Part shown: piece by piece, positions 19,023 to 27,962 of the stretch
How the letters are laid out: each line of letters opens with the position of its first letter
How positions within the stretch are numbered: the first letter of the stretch is position 1
Assembly: GCA_004299275.1 (NCBI GenBank)
Contig: SCSU01000052.1
Coordinates: 1 to 51,014, forward strand
Source: Patescibacteria group bacterium
GTDB lineage: Bacteria; Patescibacteriota; Patescibacteriia; 2-12-FULL-57-11
DNA: 51,014 bases
Direction: 5' to 3'
Notes under the pieces: generated by a model
What the model saw: only the letters and a program-made list of their open reading frames with translations
The model's database searches: none
Told to the model about the DNA's origin: nothing
Made by a program: the position numbers and the translations under genes

Positions 19023-20410
19023 AAACACTCTTCATCATGTTAAGCCGGGGATTCGCGGCGCGGAACATTCTGCGCACGGAGGTTTTTCGGATTTTAAAAG
19101 AACAAAAAGATCTTCGGGTGGTTGTGTTCGTGCCCTTTAATATTCCCGATTACTTTCGCGAGGAGATGAGTCACCCGCGGGTAATTCTGGAGGAGACCGC
19201 CGAAATTCAATACGGACTTTTCCGCCGCAGGATCTGGAGCGAGCTCCTGCATCACCTGGTCTACACCAGCACTTCGCAATTTATGACTCGTTACCCCGGA
19301 CGCCTTAATCTTGGGCGCCGACGCCGGGTGGCGGGAACGCTGGGTTTTTTCTTTTTAAACCTGATTTTTTCGGCGCAGTCGCGGGTCGGCTTCCTTAAAA
19401 CTTTTTATAGATGGGTTGAGATGAATCTGTTCCCGGACAAAAACTATGACCATTTTTTTCGGAAATACGCCCCGGACCTTGTCTTCGCCGCGACCGTGGC
19501 GGCCAAACGTGACATTGCCATGATTAAAGCCGCGCGGCGCTTCGGCGTCCCCGTGGTCGGCATGACCCGTGGCTGGGACAATTTGGACCGTTTTTTTCTG
19601 CCGGTGGTTCCCGACCGCCTGATCGTTCAGAACACGCTGATGACAGATTTAGCGGTTCGGCTGCACGCCGTTCCCGAGGCGAAGGTGACCGTCGTCGGTT
19701 TTCCGCAATTTGACCTCTACGCCGACCCGAGCGTCTATCGTCCCCGGGAAGATTTTTTGCGCTCCCTGGGCCTTGACCCGGCGCGGAAATTAATTTTCTA
19801 CGGTTCTGAGGGGCAGTGGTGGGGGCCACATGACGAACACATTGTCCGAATTCTCCACCGTCTGGTGCAGGAGAACGCTTTTCCGTTTCCCTGTTCGCTG
19901 ATTATCCGCCCGCATTTTTCGGATTACACCGCGGAACGTTTTAAAGAATTAGTCGGCGCGCCCAATACCTATATTGACGCGACTTTTCGAATCACCAAAT
20001 TTTTTGCCGACCTGTGGGACCCATCAAGGGAAGAGATGCTGAAATTGGCGAATGAGTTCAGGCACTGCGACGTGCTGGTTTGCATGGCTTCAACGCTCGC
20101 GCTCGAAGCGGCGCTTTTTGACAAGCCCGTCGTCAATGTGGATTTCTACGCCGACAGCGAGCCGGATAATGGGCCGTACTTTGGCCGTTGGTACGATTCT
20201 TCGCACTATCGCGGCGTGGTCGAGACCGGCGGGGTGCGGCTGGCGCGGAACCCGGATGAGCTGCATAAATTTATTAGCTCGTATCTGACTGACAGCTCGC
20301 TCGACCGCGCCGGACGCGCGACGCTCGCGGAACGCTACTGTTTTTCAAAAGACGGCCGGGCCGGCGAGCGTATCGCCAAACTGTTGCTTCAGGAGCTCAA
20401 GATGACCTAG
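19019..20410 (+). CDS. GT-B fold protein, CDP-glycerol glycerophosphotransferase-like (paralog 2)
   Basis: GWDNL, GFPQFDLY, IRPH, STLALEAALFDKPVVN, DGRAGERI. Confidence 0.65.
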   Translation: MKTLFIMLSRGFAARNILRTEVFRILKEQKDLRVVVFVPFNIPDYFREEMSHPRVILEETAEIQYGLFRRRIWSELLHHLVYTSTSQFMTRYPGRLNLGRRRRVAGTLGFFFLNLIFSAQSRVGFLKTFYRWVEMNLFPDKNYDHFFRKYAPDLVFAATVAAKRDIAMIKAARRFGVPVVGMTRGWDNLDRFFLPVVPDRLIVQNTLMTDLAVRLHAVPEAKVTVVGFPQFDLYADPSVYRPREDFLRSLGLDPARKLIFYGSEGQWWGPHDEHIVRILHRLVQENAFPFPCSLIIRPHFSDYTAERFKELVGAPNTYIDATFRITKFFADLWDPSREEMLKLANEFRHCDVLVCMASTLALEAALFDKPVVNVDFYADSEPDNGPYFGRWYDSSHYRGVVETGGVRLARNPDELHKFISSYLTDSSLDRAGRATLAERYCFSKDGRAGERIAKLLLQELKMT

Positions 20411-20412
20411 CG

Positions 20413-21264
20413 ATGTCGATTATGCCCTTAGAAAAAACATCAGAACAGCGCGGTCAGACGCAGTTTGAAGACAAATGGCGGACAGCCAATGATGTCCCCA
20501 AAGGGCCGGAAGAATGGACAGTATTCGTGCCGCCCGGGGCGAAACCGGCCACTCAGCGGCAATTTTCTCTTTTTTGGTATTCGGACTTTATTCGGCAGGC
20601 GATTCGCGGCAAAGGATATTCGCGCGGTCTCGAGCTCGGCTGCGGACGGGGAACCGCTTCCCTTTATCTCTCCAAGTACGACAAAATTAAAATGACGCTC
20701 GTGGATATTTCCCCGAGCGCGATTGAGCTGGCACGGCGCAATTTTTCCGCCGCGGGCGAGGAGGGAGAGTTTGTTTGCGCCGACGCGGCGGCGCTCCCAT
20801 TCCCCGACGGGGGCTATGACCTCGTGGTTATGATTGGGCTTCTGGAGCATTTTGCCGATTATCAGCCGATTCTCCGCGAATGTTTCCGCGTGCTCCGCCC
20901 CGGCGGCGCCGTCGTGACTTTAAACATTCCGGCCAAGCGTTCGGTGCAGGACCTGAACCGACTTTGGAAAACGTTGTTGCGCCTGTTTACCACCGTCGCG
21001 CCTCGTCCAGACTATTACCGCAACGCCGATACGCCGGCTGATTATGCGCGCGCCGCTCGCGAATCCGGGTTTAAAGAAGTCGCTATCACTTTTGTTAATC
21101 CTTTTGCTTTGTTCGCGCCGGCGCCAGAGTGGTTTGATCGCCTGGTCGCGCGGGCCGATAACCTGGTCGCGCGCCTGCGGCTTTTGTGGCGTCCGCAGCC
21201 CCTGGTCACCGGCTCGCGCCTCGCCCAAGCGCATTTTTTGGTTGCGGAAAAACCGCGTTCGTAA
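20413..21264 (+). CDS. Class I SAM-dependent methyltransferase
   Basis: LELGCGRG, VDIS, ADAAALPFPDGGYD, LLEH, RVLRPGG. Confidence 0.88.
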   Translation: MSIMPLEKTSEQRGQTQFEDKWRTANDVPKGPEEWTVFVPPGAKPATQRQFSLFWYSDFIRQAIRGKGYSRGLELGCGRGTASLYLSKYDKIKMTLVDISPSAIELARRNFSAAGEEGEFVCADAAALPFPDGGYDLVVMIGLLEHFADYQPILRECFRVLRPGGAVVTLNIPAKRSVQDLNRLWKTLLRLFTTVAPRPDYYRNADTPADYARAARESGFKEVAITFVNPFALFAPAPEWFDRLVARADNLVARLRLLWRPQPLVTGSRLAQAHFLVAEKPRS

Positions 21265-21291
21265 GCGCTTAACTCCAATGCTGCCTCCTCG

Positions 21292-21320
21292 TTGACGGAG
21301 GCGGAGTTTGTTAGTATGCT
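21292..21320 (+). promoter_or_regulatory. Putative sigma70 promoter (TTGACG-N17-TATGCT)
   Basis: Consensus-like boxes with 17-bp spacer, 22 bp before ATG 21343. Confidence 0.55.
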
Positions 21321-21342
21321 CACACCTGCTATTCGTTTTTTT

Positions 21343-22164
21343 ATGATAAAGAATTATCTTCGGAAAAGCTGGCTGGCGATCCGACTCTACCGCACCGTCA
21401 AAAACGCGGTGGTCTTCCCGCTCCGTTTCACGCCCTTAAGGACGCTGCAGCTCAAGAACATGCCGCTTACCGACCTCTTGCGGCCGTGGAAGCTCCGTCT
21501 GATGATTGCGGTTTCGTCCCACACCAAGAACGGTTACCCCCGTCTGGCGAATATTTACGATTTAGCGACGGACGTCGAGCGCCGCGGCCTCGGCGGCGCC
21601 TTCGTCGAGTGTGGCACATGGAAAGGCGGCACGACGGCCATAATGGGCGCGGTGGCGCATCGCTTCGGCGATCGGCGCGCTACCTGGTACCTGGATTCAT
21701 TCGAGGGGATGCCTCAACCGGCGCCAGAGGACGGCGGCGAGACCGAGGAGATTGCCGGCGACGCGCTGAAGGCCTCGGTTGACGATGTAGAAAAACTAAT
21801 TTTCGGCAAGCTTGGTCTGCCGCCGGCGCACAACCGAATTATCAAAGGATGGTTTGAGGAGACGCTGCCGCGCGTCAAAAACGAAATCGGACCGATTGCG
21901 CTTTTGCGCCTTGACGCCGATTGGTACGAAGCGACGAAGTTAATCCTAAACGAGCTCTACGCTCAGGTTGTTCCGGGCGGTTGGCTGATTTTTGACGATT
22001 ACGGCCGCTGGCCGGGCTGTAAGACTGCCGTTGACGAGTTCTTCGCGGCGCGGCGTCTCGCGCCAAAACTCAGTTTCGTCGGTAACCGCGGCGGGGTCTA
22101 TGGCGATCGCCTCGCGCCGATGTATTTTAAGAAGCCCGAGGTTCAGGGAACCAAACATGGATAA
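21343..22164 (+). CDS. TylF/MycF/NovP-related sugar O-methyltransferase
   Basis: GAFVECGTWKGG, DSFEGMP, KGWFEETLP, LLRLDADWYE, GGWLIFDDY. Confidence 0.9.
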   Translation: MIKNYLRKSWLAIRLYRTVKNAVVFPLRFTPLRTLQLKNMPLTDLLRPWKLRLMIAVSSHTKNGYPRLANIYDLATDVERRGLGGAFVECGTWKGGTTAIMGAVAHRFGDRRATWYLDSFEGMPQPAPEDGGETEEIAGDALKASVDDVEKLIFGKLGLPPAHNRIIKGWFEETLPRVKNEIGPIALLRLDADWYEATKLILNELYAQVVPGGWLIFDDYGRWPGCKTAVDEFFAARRLAPKLSFVGNRGGVYGDRLAPMYFKKPEVQGTKHG

Positions 22165-22936
22165 TTTGCGTTCACTCCCGATCGCTGAACTCAGGCGCCG
22201 CGCGCAAGGCACGGCGCCGCTGGCTGGCCGCGAACCGCTGCTCGGCCGCACTTTTCGTTTTTTTTCCGTGTACCTGACTTGGATCTTCATCCGCCTGCCG
22301 ATCACTCCGAATCAGATTACGGCGGTCAGCGTCCTTTTTTTCTTTTTGGGCATCGGGTTGTTCGCCTGGAACAATCTCACGCCGCAGCTTGTCGGCTGCG
22401 CGATTATTTATTTTTCCACCGTTCTCGACGCGTCGGACGGCGAGGTAGCGCGGCTTAAATATCCAAAAAATATCGCCGGCGGCATCTACGCCGAACCGGT
22501 GAGCCACGACTTCCAGTACGCCTTTATGTATTTTCCGCTGACCCTCGGAGCTTACAGCGCGACTGGGACGCTCGTCACCGTACTCTTCGGCGCCGTTGCG
22601 GTGGTCGCTAAACTGCTCTTTCGACTCATTGGCGCCCGCGAGACGCAACTCTCAATGTGGATGAAGATTGAAAGTTCCGCAGGCGCCGTCAGCGCCAAGG
22701 ATTTCCAGGTGGCATTTAACCCCGATGTCGGTCGGTTCCATAAGTTTTACCGTTTCATCAACCGGACTTTTATGGGCTCGGGCAATCATGTTATTCTGCT
22801 GACAATTTTCGCCTTATTGCGGCGCCTGGATTTGTTTCTGTTGCTTTTTGCGGTTTATAACAGCGCGGTTCTGGCCGTGACTTTCGTCAATCAGCTGCGG
22901 CGGCTGCCAAAACCAAAGGCGGAGGGAGCATTATGA
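22157..22936 (+). CDS. CDP-alcohol phosphatidyltransferase family membrane protein
   Basis: ITPNQIT, LDASDGEVAR signature, several hydrophobic segments; ATG 22157 overlaps the upstream gene end. Confidence 0.85.
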   Translation: MDNLRSLPIAELRRRAQGTAPLAGREPLLGRTFRFFSVYLTWIFIRLPITPNQITAVSVLFFFLGIGLFAWNNLTPQLVGCAIIYFSTVLDASDGEVARLKYPKNIAGGIYAEPVSHDFQYAFMYFPLTLGAYSATGTLVTVLFGAVAVVAKLLFRLIGARETQLSMWMKIESSAGAVSAKDFQVAFNPDVGRFHKFYRFINRTFMGSGNHVILLTIFALLRRLDLFLLLFAVYNSAVLAVTFVNQLRRLPKPKAEGAL

Positions 22937-23691
22937 GCGCGACGCCGACTGGTGTCATTCTCGCCGCGGGGATGGGCACGCGGCTCGGGGAACTCACGGC
23001 TGGCATTCCCAAACCGCTCCTACCCGTCGCGGGCCGGCCGCTTTTGGACTACGGCATCTGCTGGATGCGCGCCGCCGGAGTCAAGCGCGTGGTCGTGGTC
23101 GGCGGTTACCGGATTGAACAGCTGCGGGAGTTTTTGGCCGCGCGCCATCCCGATGTTATCTTGGCGGAGAACAAGGAATACGCTACGACTCAGCGCATGG
23201 CTAGCTTGCTCGTTGCCGCGCCGCATATAAGCGGCGACTTGCTGGTCCAGGACGGAGACTATATTTTTACCGTAGCCGCGGCCGCGGCTCTGGCCGGAAA
23301 AATGCCGCCGCGGATTGTCCTCCACGGCACCCGCCGTCCCGATGCCTGCTGGTCGGCGATGGATGTAATTATCAGCACCGCCGCCGATAGCGTTACCGAA
23401 ATCCGTAAGACCGCCGGCACCCAGCCGCTGGGCGAAGGAGAGTATTATTTCAACAGCCAAATTTTTATGCCCGCGAGCGAGGTCGGAGAGTTTATGAGAT
23501 ACGCCGAACGCACTTCAGCGAGCCGCGGCGGCCTGGCGCATGTTGAAGACACGCTGCAGGATTATATTCGTTCCGGCCAGAGCGTTGGTGTGCGCCCGGT
23601 GGAGTCCGGCTTTTGGGTGGAAGTGGACAATCCCGCAGAACTCGAAGCGGCTCGACGTTTCGTCGCTGCCTTTCACGATGATATTCCCTGA
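22933..23691 (+). CDS. Sugar/alcohol-phosphate nucleotidyltransferase (LicC/IPCT-like)
   Basis: ILAAGMGTRL, PKPLL, VGGY, QDGD, WVEVDNPAEL. Confidence 0.85.
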   Translation: MSATPTGVILAAGMGTRLGELTAGIPKPLLPVAGRPLLDYGICWMRAAGVKRVVVVGGYRIEQLREFLAARHPDVILAENKEYATTQRMASLLVAAPHISGDLLVQDGDYIFTVAAAAALAGKMPPRIVLHGTRRPDACWSAMDVIISTAADSVTEIRKTAGTQPLGEGEYYFNSQIFMPASEVGEFMRYAERTSASRGGLAHVEDTLQDYIRSGQSVGVRPVESGFWVEVDNPAELEAARRFVAAFHDDIP

Positions 23692-23693
23692 AC

Positions 23694-24266
23694 ATGACAG
23701 CATTCAAAATCGGAATTGATTTCGACGGCGTCATTGCCGATACCAGTTCGCTTAAACAGGAACAGGCGCGGTTGTTATATGGTGTCAGTATTCCGCCGCA
23801 TCAGTTTAAGGAGCAGCTGGTTACCGGTATGGGAATCCTGACACAACCGCAGTATCGCGCGCTGATGCGCCGAGTCTGCGGCACGCGCGAGGTCGGTCTC
23901 CGCATGGCGCCTCTCCCCGGAGCCGTCCCGAGCTTGCGGCGCCTCTTGGACGGTGGCCACCGCTGCACCGTAATCACTTCGCGCGAAGCGGAGGAGCTTG
24001 CGATTGCCAGCGAGTGGTGCGCGGCGCGGGGACTCGCGCCGGAGTTCGTGTCCGTGGGTTACGCCAAGCCCAAGGTCGAGGTGGCTCGGGGATTGGATGT
24101 CTATATCGATGATGATCTGCAGAAACTCCTGCCGCTTGTCGGCAACACGCCGAATCTGTTTCTTTTTCATCAGAGTTACAACGCGCACGAGGCCGAGCCG
24201 CCCGAGATACGCCGGGTGAGCTCTTGGGCGGAATTAGACGGACATCTTACGCGCCTCGGCGCCTGA
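23694..24266 (+). CDS. HAD-superfamily phosphatase (5'(3')-deoxyribonucleotidase-like)
   Basis: IGIDFDGVIADT, VITSR, K, YIDDD, YN, RVSSW. Confidence 0.8.
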   Translation: MTAFKIGIDFDGVIADTSSLKQEQARLLYGVSIPPHQFKEQLVTGMGILTQPQYRALMRRVCGTREVGLRMAPLPGAVPSLRRLLDGGHRCTVITSREAEELAIASEWCAARGLAPEFVSVGYAKPKVEVARGLDVYIDDDLQKLLPLVGNTPNLFLFHQSYNAHEAEPPEIRRVSSWAELDGHLTRLGA

Positions 24267-24272
24267 CGGCTT

Positions 24273-25328
24273 ATGGAAGACCAGCTCCAGCGGCCGCAGC
24301 CGTTTGAAGACGCGCACTTCAGCCCCGTCGCGGAGATTTTTGGTTTGCGCGGCGGCGTAAATTCGGAGATCCGCTATGTGCGCCTGCCGTCCGGTTTGCT
24401 TACGGTTACCGCGCGTTATGGCGCGAAGAAAAAAGGTTTTTTGCGCGCCGAGGCCAATACCTGGAGTGAAGATATCGTCGCCTATCAGGAGGAACTTTTG
24501 CGCCGCGGCGTGCCGCTGCCGCCGATTGAAGGAATTATCATTGAATTTGACCAAGCCAGCCAAAAGGCGGTTATCGCCAAAACCTCTCCCTGGACCGGCC
24601 ATGACGTCAGCCACCTGATTCAGCACACGCCGCTCGGCAATGACGACAAAATACTTGGCGGCATTGTCGGGCAGATGTGCGCGATTCTGGTGATGGTCTG
24701 CGCCGAACGCCATCGTGGTTACGAGACCGAAATCGGCATAGACTCGCGCTGCAGCAACTTTACCATTGACGCGTCGGGCAAGATGTGGTTCGTTGACCTT
24801 TTCCCTCCGCGTTATCGGAAAGCCGGCGCGCCGCTCCTCGAATGGCCGACGCCGCTGACGGAAGAGGGGAGAGGACTGGGACTCTTTAAACACTACGACG
24901 CGCGCGGAATTACCCTGACGACGATTGCCCAGCTCTCGCGCGTCCTGCCGGCGCAGAAATCTTTTTTTGAGGAACGGGTGCTCGACGGCCTCGCGCCGGC
25001 TTTTAGTCCAGCCGAATTAGCGGCAATGCGGATGGAACTCTCCCGCGCTCCCTGGCGGCAATTGCGTGACCTTCTCGGCGCGACACAGGATACATCCGGC
25101 CGTAAGGACGCGGTCGAGGCAATTTTTGCCTGCCGCGACGCTGTCGTCTTTGGTGTTCCTTATGGAGTTTACGGCCTGCGCGAAGCCGCGCTCGAACTGG
25201 CCGCGGCGGGCCGCTTTTCCGCCCCCGCGTTGGAGGAGTTTTTCCGCGATTCGCATTTTGAGGACTCGCTCCCGAGCTCCGTAATTGATGATCTGACTCA
25301 TCGTCTGCGGCGCGCGGTTGAAGTTTGA
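24273..25328 (+). CDS. Hypothetical protein with probable protein-kinase-like phosphotransferase fold
   Basis: LLRRGVPLP, catalytic-loop-like GIDSRCSNF and DFG-like FVDLFPP; co-transcribed with the NTP transferase. Confidence 0.5.
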   Translation: MEDQLQRPQPFEDAHFSPVAEIFGLRGGVNSEIRYVRLPSGLLTVTARYGAKKKGFLRAEANTWSEDIVAYQEELLRRGVPLPPIEGIIIEFDQASQKAVIAKTSPWTGHDVSHLIQHTPLGNDDKILGGIVGQMCAILVMVCAERHRGYETEIGIDSRCSNFTIDASGKMWFVDLFPPRYRKAGAPLLEWPTPLTEEGRGLGLFKHYDARGITLTTIAQLSRVLPAQKSFFEERVLDGLAPAFSPAELAAMRMELSRAPWRQLRDLLGATQDTSGRKDAVEAIFACRDAVVFGVPYGVYGLREAALELAAAGRFSAPALEEFFRDSHFEDSLPSSVIDDLTHRLRRAVEV

Positions 25329-25357
25329 TCCTGTTTTTGTAGAATTCGTCTGAGTTT

Positions 25358-26008
25358 ATGAGCAAACCAACAAATGTCCCATGGCATACCTACGCGAAAT
25401 TCGGCGGCATAAAATATGTCCGAATAGTCGTTCGATCTCTGCACAAACTATTGTTAATGAGAGAGCCGGTGTGGAAAGATATTTCATATTTCAAATCAGA
25501 AGCAAAAAAATATCCACAGTTCACTAAAGGATACAGACATTGGAGTAAATATTACATACTTTATAAAATTGTCCGAAAACTGAAACCAAGATTTGTTCTT
25601 GAGTGCGGAAGCGGCATCTCCACAGCGATTATCATCTCTGCGCTTCGAGAAAATGGGGGAGGATTGCTTGTCTCCCTTGATGAATCGCCTGAATATGGAA
25701 ATGTCGTGAGAGATATTGTTGGAAGCGAGGTGGAAACGCACATCTCGCCTTCAGTTGAGGCCACATACGAAGGGTTAACGGGGACGAAATACGCGCAGAT
25801 ACCTGATTATCCCTACGATTTTATTTTCGTTGATGGGCCACAGACCCAGACCGTTGACCTTGATGCTTTTTATGTTTTAGAAAAAAATCCTATAGCCAAA
25901 GTTTTGATTGATTGTCGCGTAGCTACGGTACGGGCTTTGAAGCAGAGGTTCGGCGGATTATTTAATCCCTGGGTGAATTTAGGTTTTATAAACTTTCATC
26001 GAAAATAA
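25358..26008 (+). CDS. Class I SAM-dependent methyltransferase (low-GC gene)
   Basis: VLECGSGIST, LVSLDE, YDFIFVDGP; visibly AT-richer than its neighbours. Confidence 0.8.
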   Translation: MSKPTNVPWHTYAKFGGIKYVRIVVRSLHKLLLMREPVWKDISYFKSEAKKYPQFTKGYRHWSKYYILYKIVRKLKPRFVLECGSGISTAIIISALRENGGGLLVSLDESPEYGNVVRDIVGSEVETHISPSVEATYEGLTGTKYAQIPDYPYDFIFVDGPQTQTVDLDAFYVLEKNPIAKVLIDCRVATVRALKQRFGGLFNPWVNLGFINFHRK

Positions 26009-26033
26009 TTATTGTAGGTTGTGATTTCCCTCC

Positions 26034-26062
26034 TTGACAGGAGATGACGCATCGATAATAAT
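26034..26062 (+). promoter_or_regulatory. Putative sigma70 promoter (TTGACA-N17-AATAAT)
   Basis: Perfect -35, 17-bp spacer, 5/6 -10. Confidence 0.55.
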
Positions 26063-26091
26063 AAAACGCAATTCTTTTCGTTAATTTTTCT

Positions 26092-26892
26092 ATGATTCGT
26101 TCGGTTGGCATTTTGGGAGTCGGTTTTGTCGGCGGTGCGACCAAGCGTTACTTTGAGAAGGTCGGGATGCCGGTCGCGGCCCACGACCCTGGCAAGGGGC
26201 TCCACGACCTCGCCGGCGTCAACGCCGCCGACGCGGTTTTTATTAGCGTTCCCACGCCTTATGATGAGCAGAAAGGCGGTTTTGACCTTTCCATGGTCCG
26301 GGAGGCAATCGGTAGTATCACTGGAGAAAAAATAGTAATAATCAAATCCACGGTGCTCCCGGGCACGACCGAAAAATTGCAGCTGGAATTTCCCCAGCAT
26401 AAATTTCTTTTTAACCCCGAGTTTCTGACGCAGATTACGGCCGACCAGGACATGCAATTCCCCGACCGGCAGATAGTCGGCTACACCGAAAAAAGTTACA
26501 CCGTCGCCGCCGACCTCTTGGCGATTCTGCCGCTCGCGCCCTACGAGCGCCTGATGCCGGCGACCGCCGCCGAAATGGTTAAGTATTACGGTAACACCTG
26601 GTTTTCCACTAAGGTAACTTTTGCCAACCAGATGTATGACCTCTCTCTGAAGTTGGGGATTGATTACGACCTAATCCGCGACGCGGTGGCGGCGGACAAA
26701 CGCATCGGCCGTTCGCATTTGGAAGTTTTTCACAAGGGCTACCGCGGCTACGGCGGCGCGTGCTTGCCTAAGGACACTCGCGCCTTGATTCAGCTCGGCG
26801 ACCAGCTCGGCGCGGAGATGGCTCTGCTTAAACTTGTTGACCAGTTAAATAACGACTTGCACCGGAAGCAGGGGCTCGAACCGCCGAAGTGA
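26092..26892 (+). CDS. UDP-glucose/GDP-mannose dehydrogenase family protein (short form lacking the C-terminal domain)
   Basis: GVGFVG, SVPTP, IKSTVLPGTT, NPEFL, AEMVKY, GYGGACLPKD; ends at 266 aa. Confidence 0.88.
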   Translation: MIRSVGILGVGFVGGATKRYFEKVGMPVAAHDPGKGLHDLAGVNAADAVFISVPTPYDEQKGGFDLSMVREAIGSITGEKIVIIKSTVLPGTTEKLQLEFPQHKFLFNPEFLTQITADQDMQFPDRQIVGYTEKSYTVAADLLAILPLAPYERLMPATAAEMVKYYGNTWFSTKVTFANQMYDLSLKLGIDYDLIRDAVAADKRIGRSHLEVFHKGYRGYGGACLPKDTRALIQLGDQLGAEMALLKLVDQLNNDLHRKQGLEPPK

Positions 26893-26967
26893 CGCGCAAT
26901 TCATTGAAGCGCGTCATCTTGAGCGAGACACGTTAAACGGGATGAGTCAAAAGATCTAGATTCCATT

Positions 26968-27951
26968 ATGACCACGGCCGTGACCGGCGGCGCCGGGTTT
27001 ATAGGTTCGCATTGCGTCCGCGCGCTGCTCGCGAGAGGGGAGCGCGTTTTTGTGATTGACGACTTAAACAATTACTACGCTCCGGAAATAAAAAAAGAAA
27101 ACTTGACTCCTTTTTTAGGAAATCCAAATTTTACTTTTGTCCAAGCCGACATCCGCGATCGCGCCGCGGTTGGCGAATTTTTCGCCGCGGCTAAACCCGC
27201 TCGGCTTTTGCATTTGGCCGCCCGCGCCGGGGTTAGACCCTCGATCGAGGACCCGGCACTCTATTACGACGTTAATGTTACCGGCACGAGCGTGGTGCTC
27301 GAGGCGGCGCGGAGAGCTGGCGTCAAAAGCGCGGTGTTGGCTTCCAGTTCTTCAGTCTACGGCGAGCGAAGTGACAATCAGCCGTTCCGCGAGTCGGACG
27401 AACTCGGCGCCTCGAGCTCTCCCTACGGCGCCTCCAAACGGCTGATGGAAATTATCGCCGCCGAGTGGCGGGAGCGCACCGGCATCCCCGCGACCTGCCT
27501 AAGATTTTTTACGGTCTACGGCCCGGCTCAGCGGCCGGATATGGCGATTCACAAATTCGTCCGGGTAATGGAAAAAGGAGAAGCGCTCACCGCCTACGGC
27601 AACGGCGAAAGCCGCCGCGACTATACCTACATCGCGGACACGGTCCGAGGCATCCTCGCGGCGTTGGATAACCCCCGCGACTTTCGCGTTTACAACTTAG
27701 GCAGCGGCCGGGAAAAGAGCGTGACCTTAAAAGATTTAATCGCCTTAATTGAAAAGACGCTCGGAGTGCGAGCGCGAATTGATTGGCAGCCGTTCCAGCC
27801 GGGTGATGTGAGCGCGACACTGGCTGATATCTCTTTGGCCCGCGCCGAGCTCGGTTACGATCCGACTACGACTTTAGAGGAGGGGTTAGAAGAGTTTGTA
27901 AAATGGTATCGGGAGACAAGATTGGATCTCCCGCGGGAGATCCAATCTTGA
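26968..27951 (+). CDS. UDP-glucuronate 4-epimerase-like NAD-dependent epimerase
   Basis: TGGAGFIGS, HLAARAGVRPS, ASSSSVYG, YGASK, RFFTVYGP.QRPDMA, QPGDV. Confidence 0.9.
   Translation: MTTAVTGGAGFIGSHCVRALLARGERVFVIDDLNNYYAPEIKKENLTPFLGNPNFTFVQADIRDRAAVGEFFAAAKPARLLHLAARAGVRPSIEDPALYYDVNVTGTSVVLEAARRAGVKSAVLASSSSVYGERSDNQPFRESDELGASSSPYGASKRLMEIIAAEWRERTGIPATCLRFFTVYGPAQRPDMAIHKFVRVMEKGEALTAYGNGESRRDYTYIADTVRGILAALDNPRDFRVYNLGSGREKSVTLKDLIALIEKTLGVRARIDWQPFQPGDVSATLADISLARAELGYDPTTTLEEGLEEFVKWYRETRLDLPREIQS
27917..27950. repeat. Palindromic element family A, copy 1 (34-bp perfect palindrome)
   Basis: caagattggatctcccgcgggagatccaatcttg; encodes the last residues and most of the stop of the epimerase; lies between convergent genes. 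Confidence 0.9.
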
Positions 27952-27962
27952 TTTTGAGAGTG

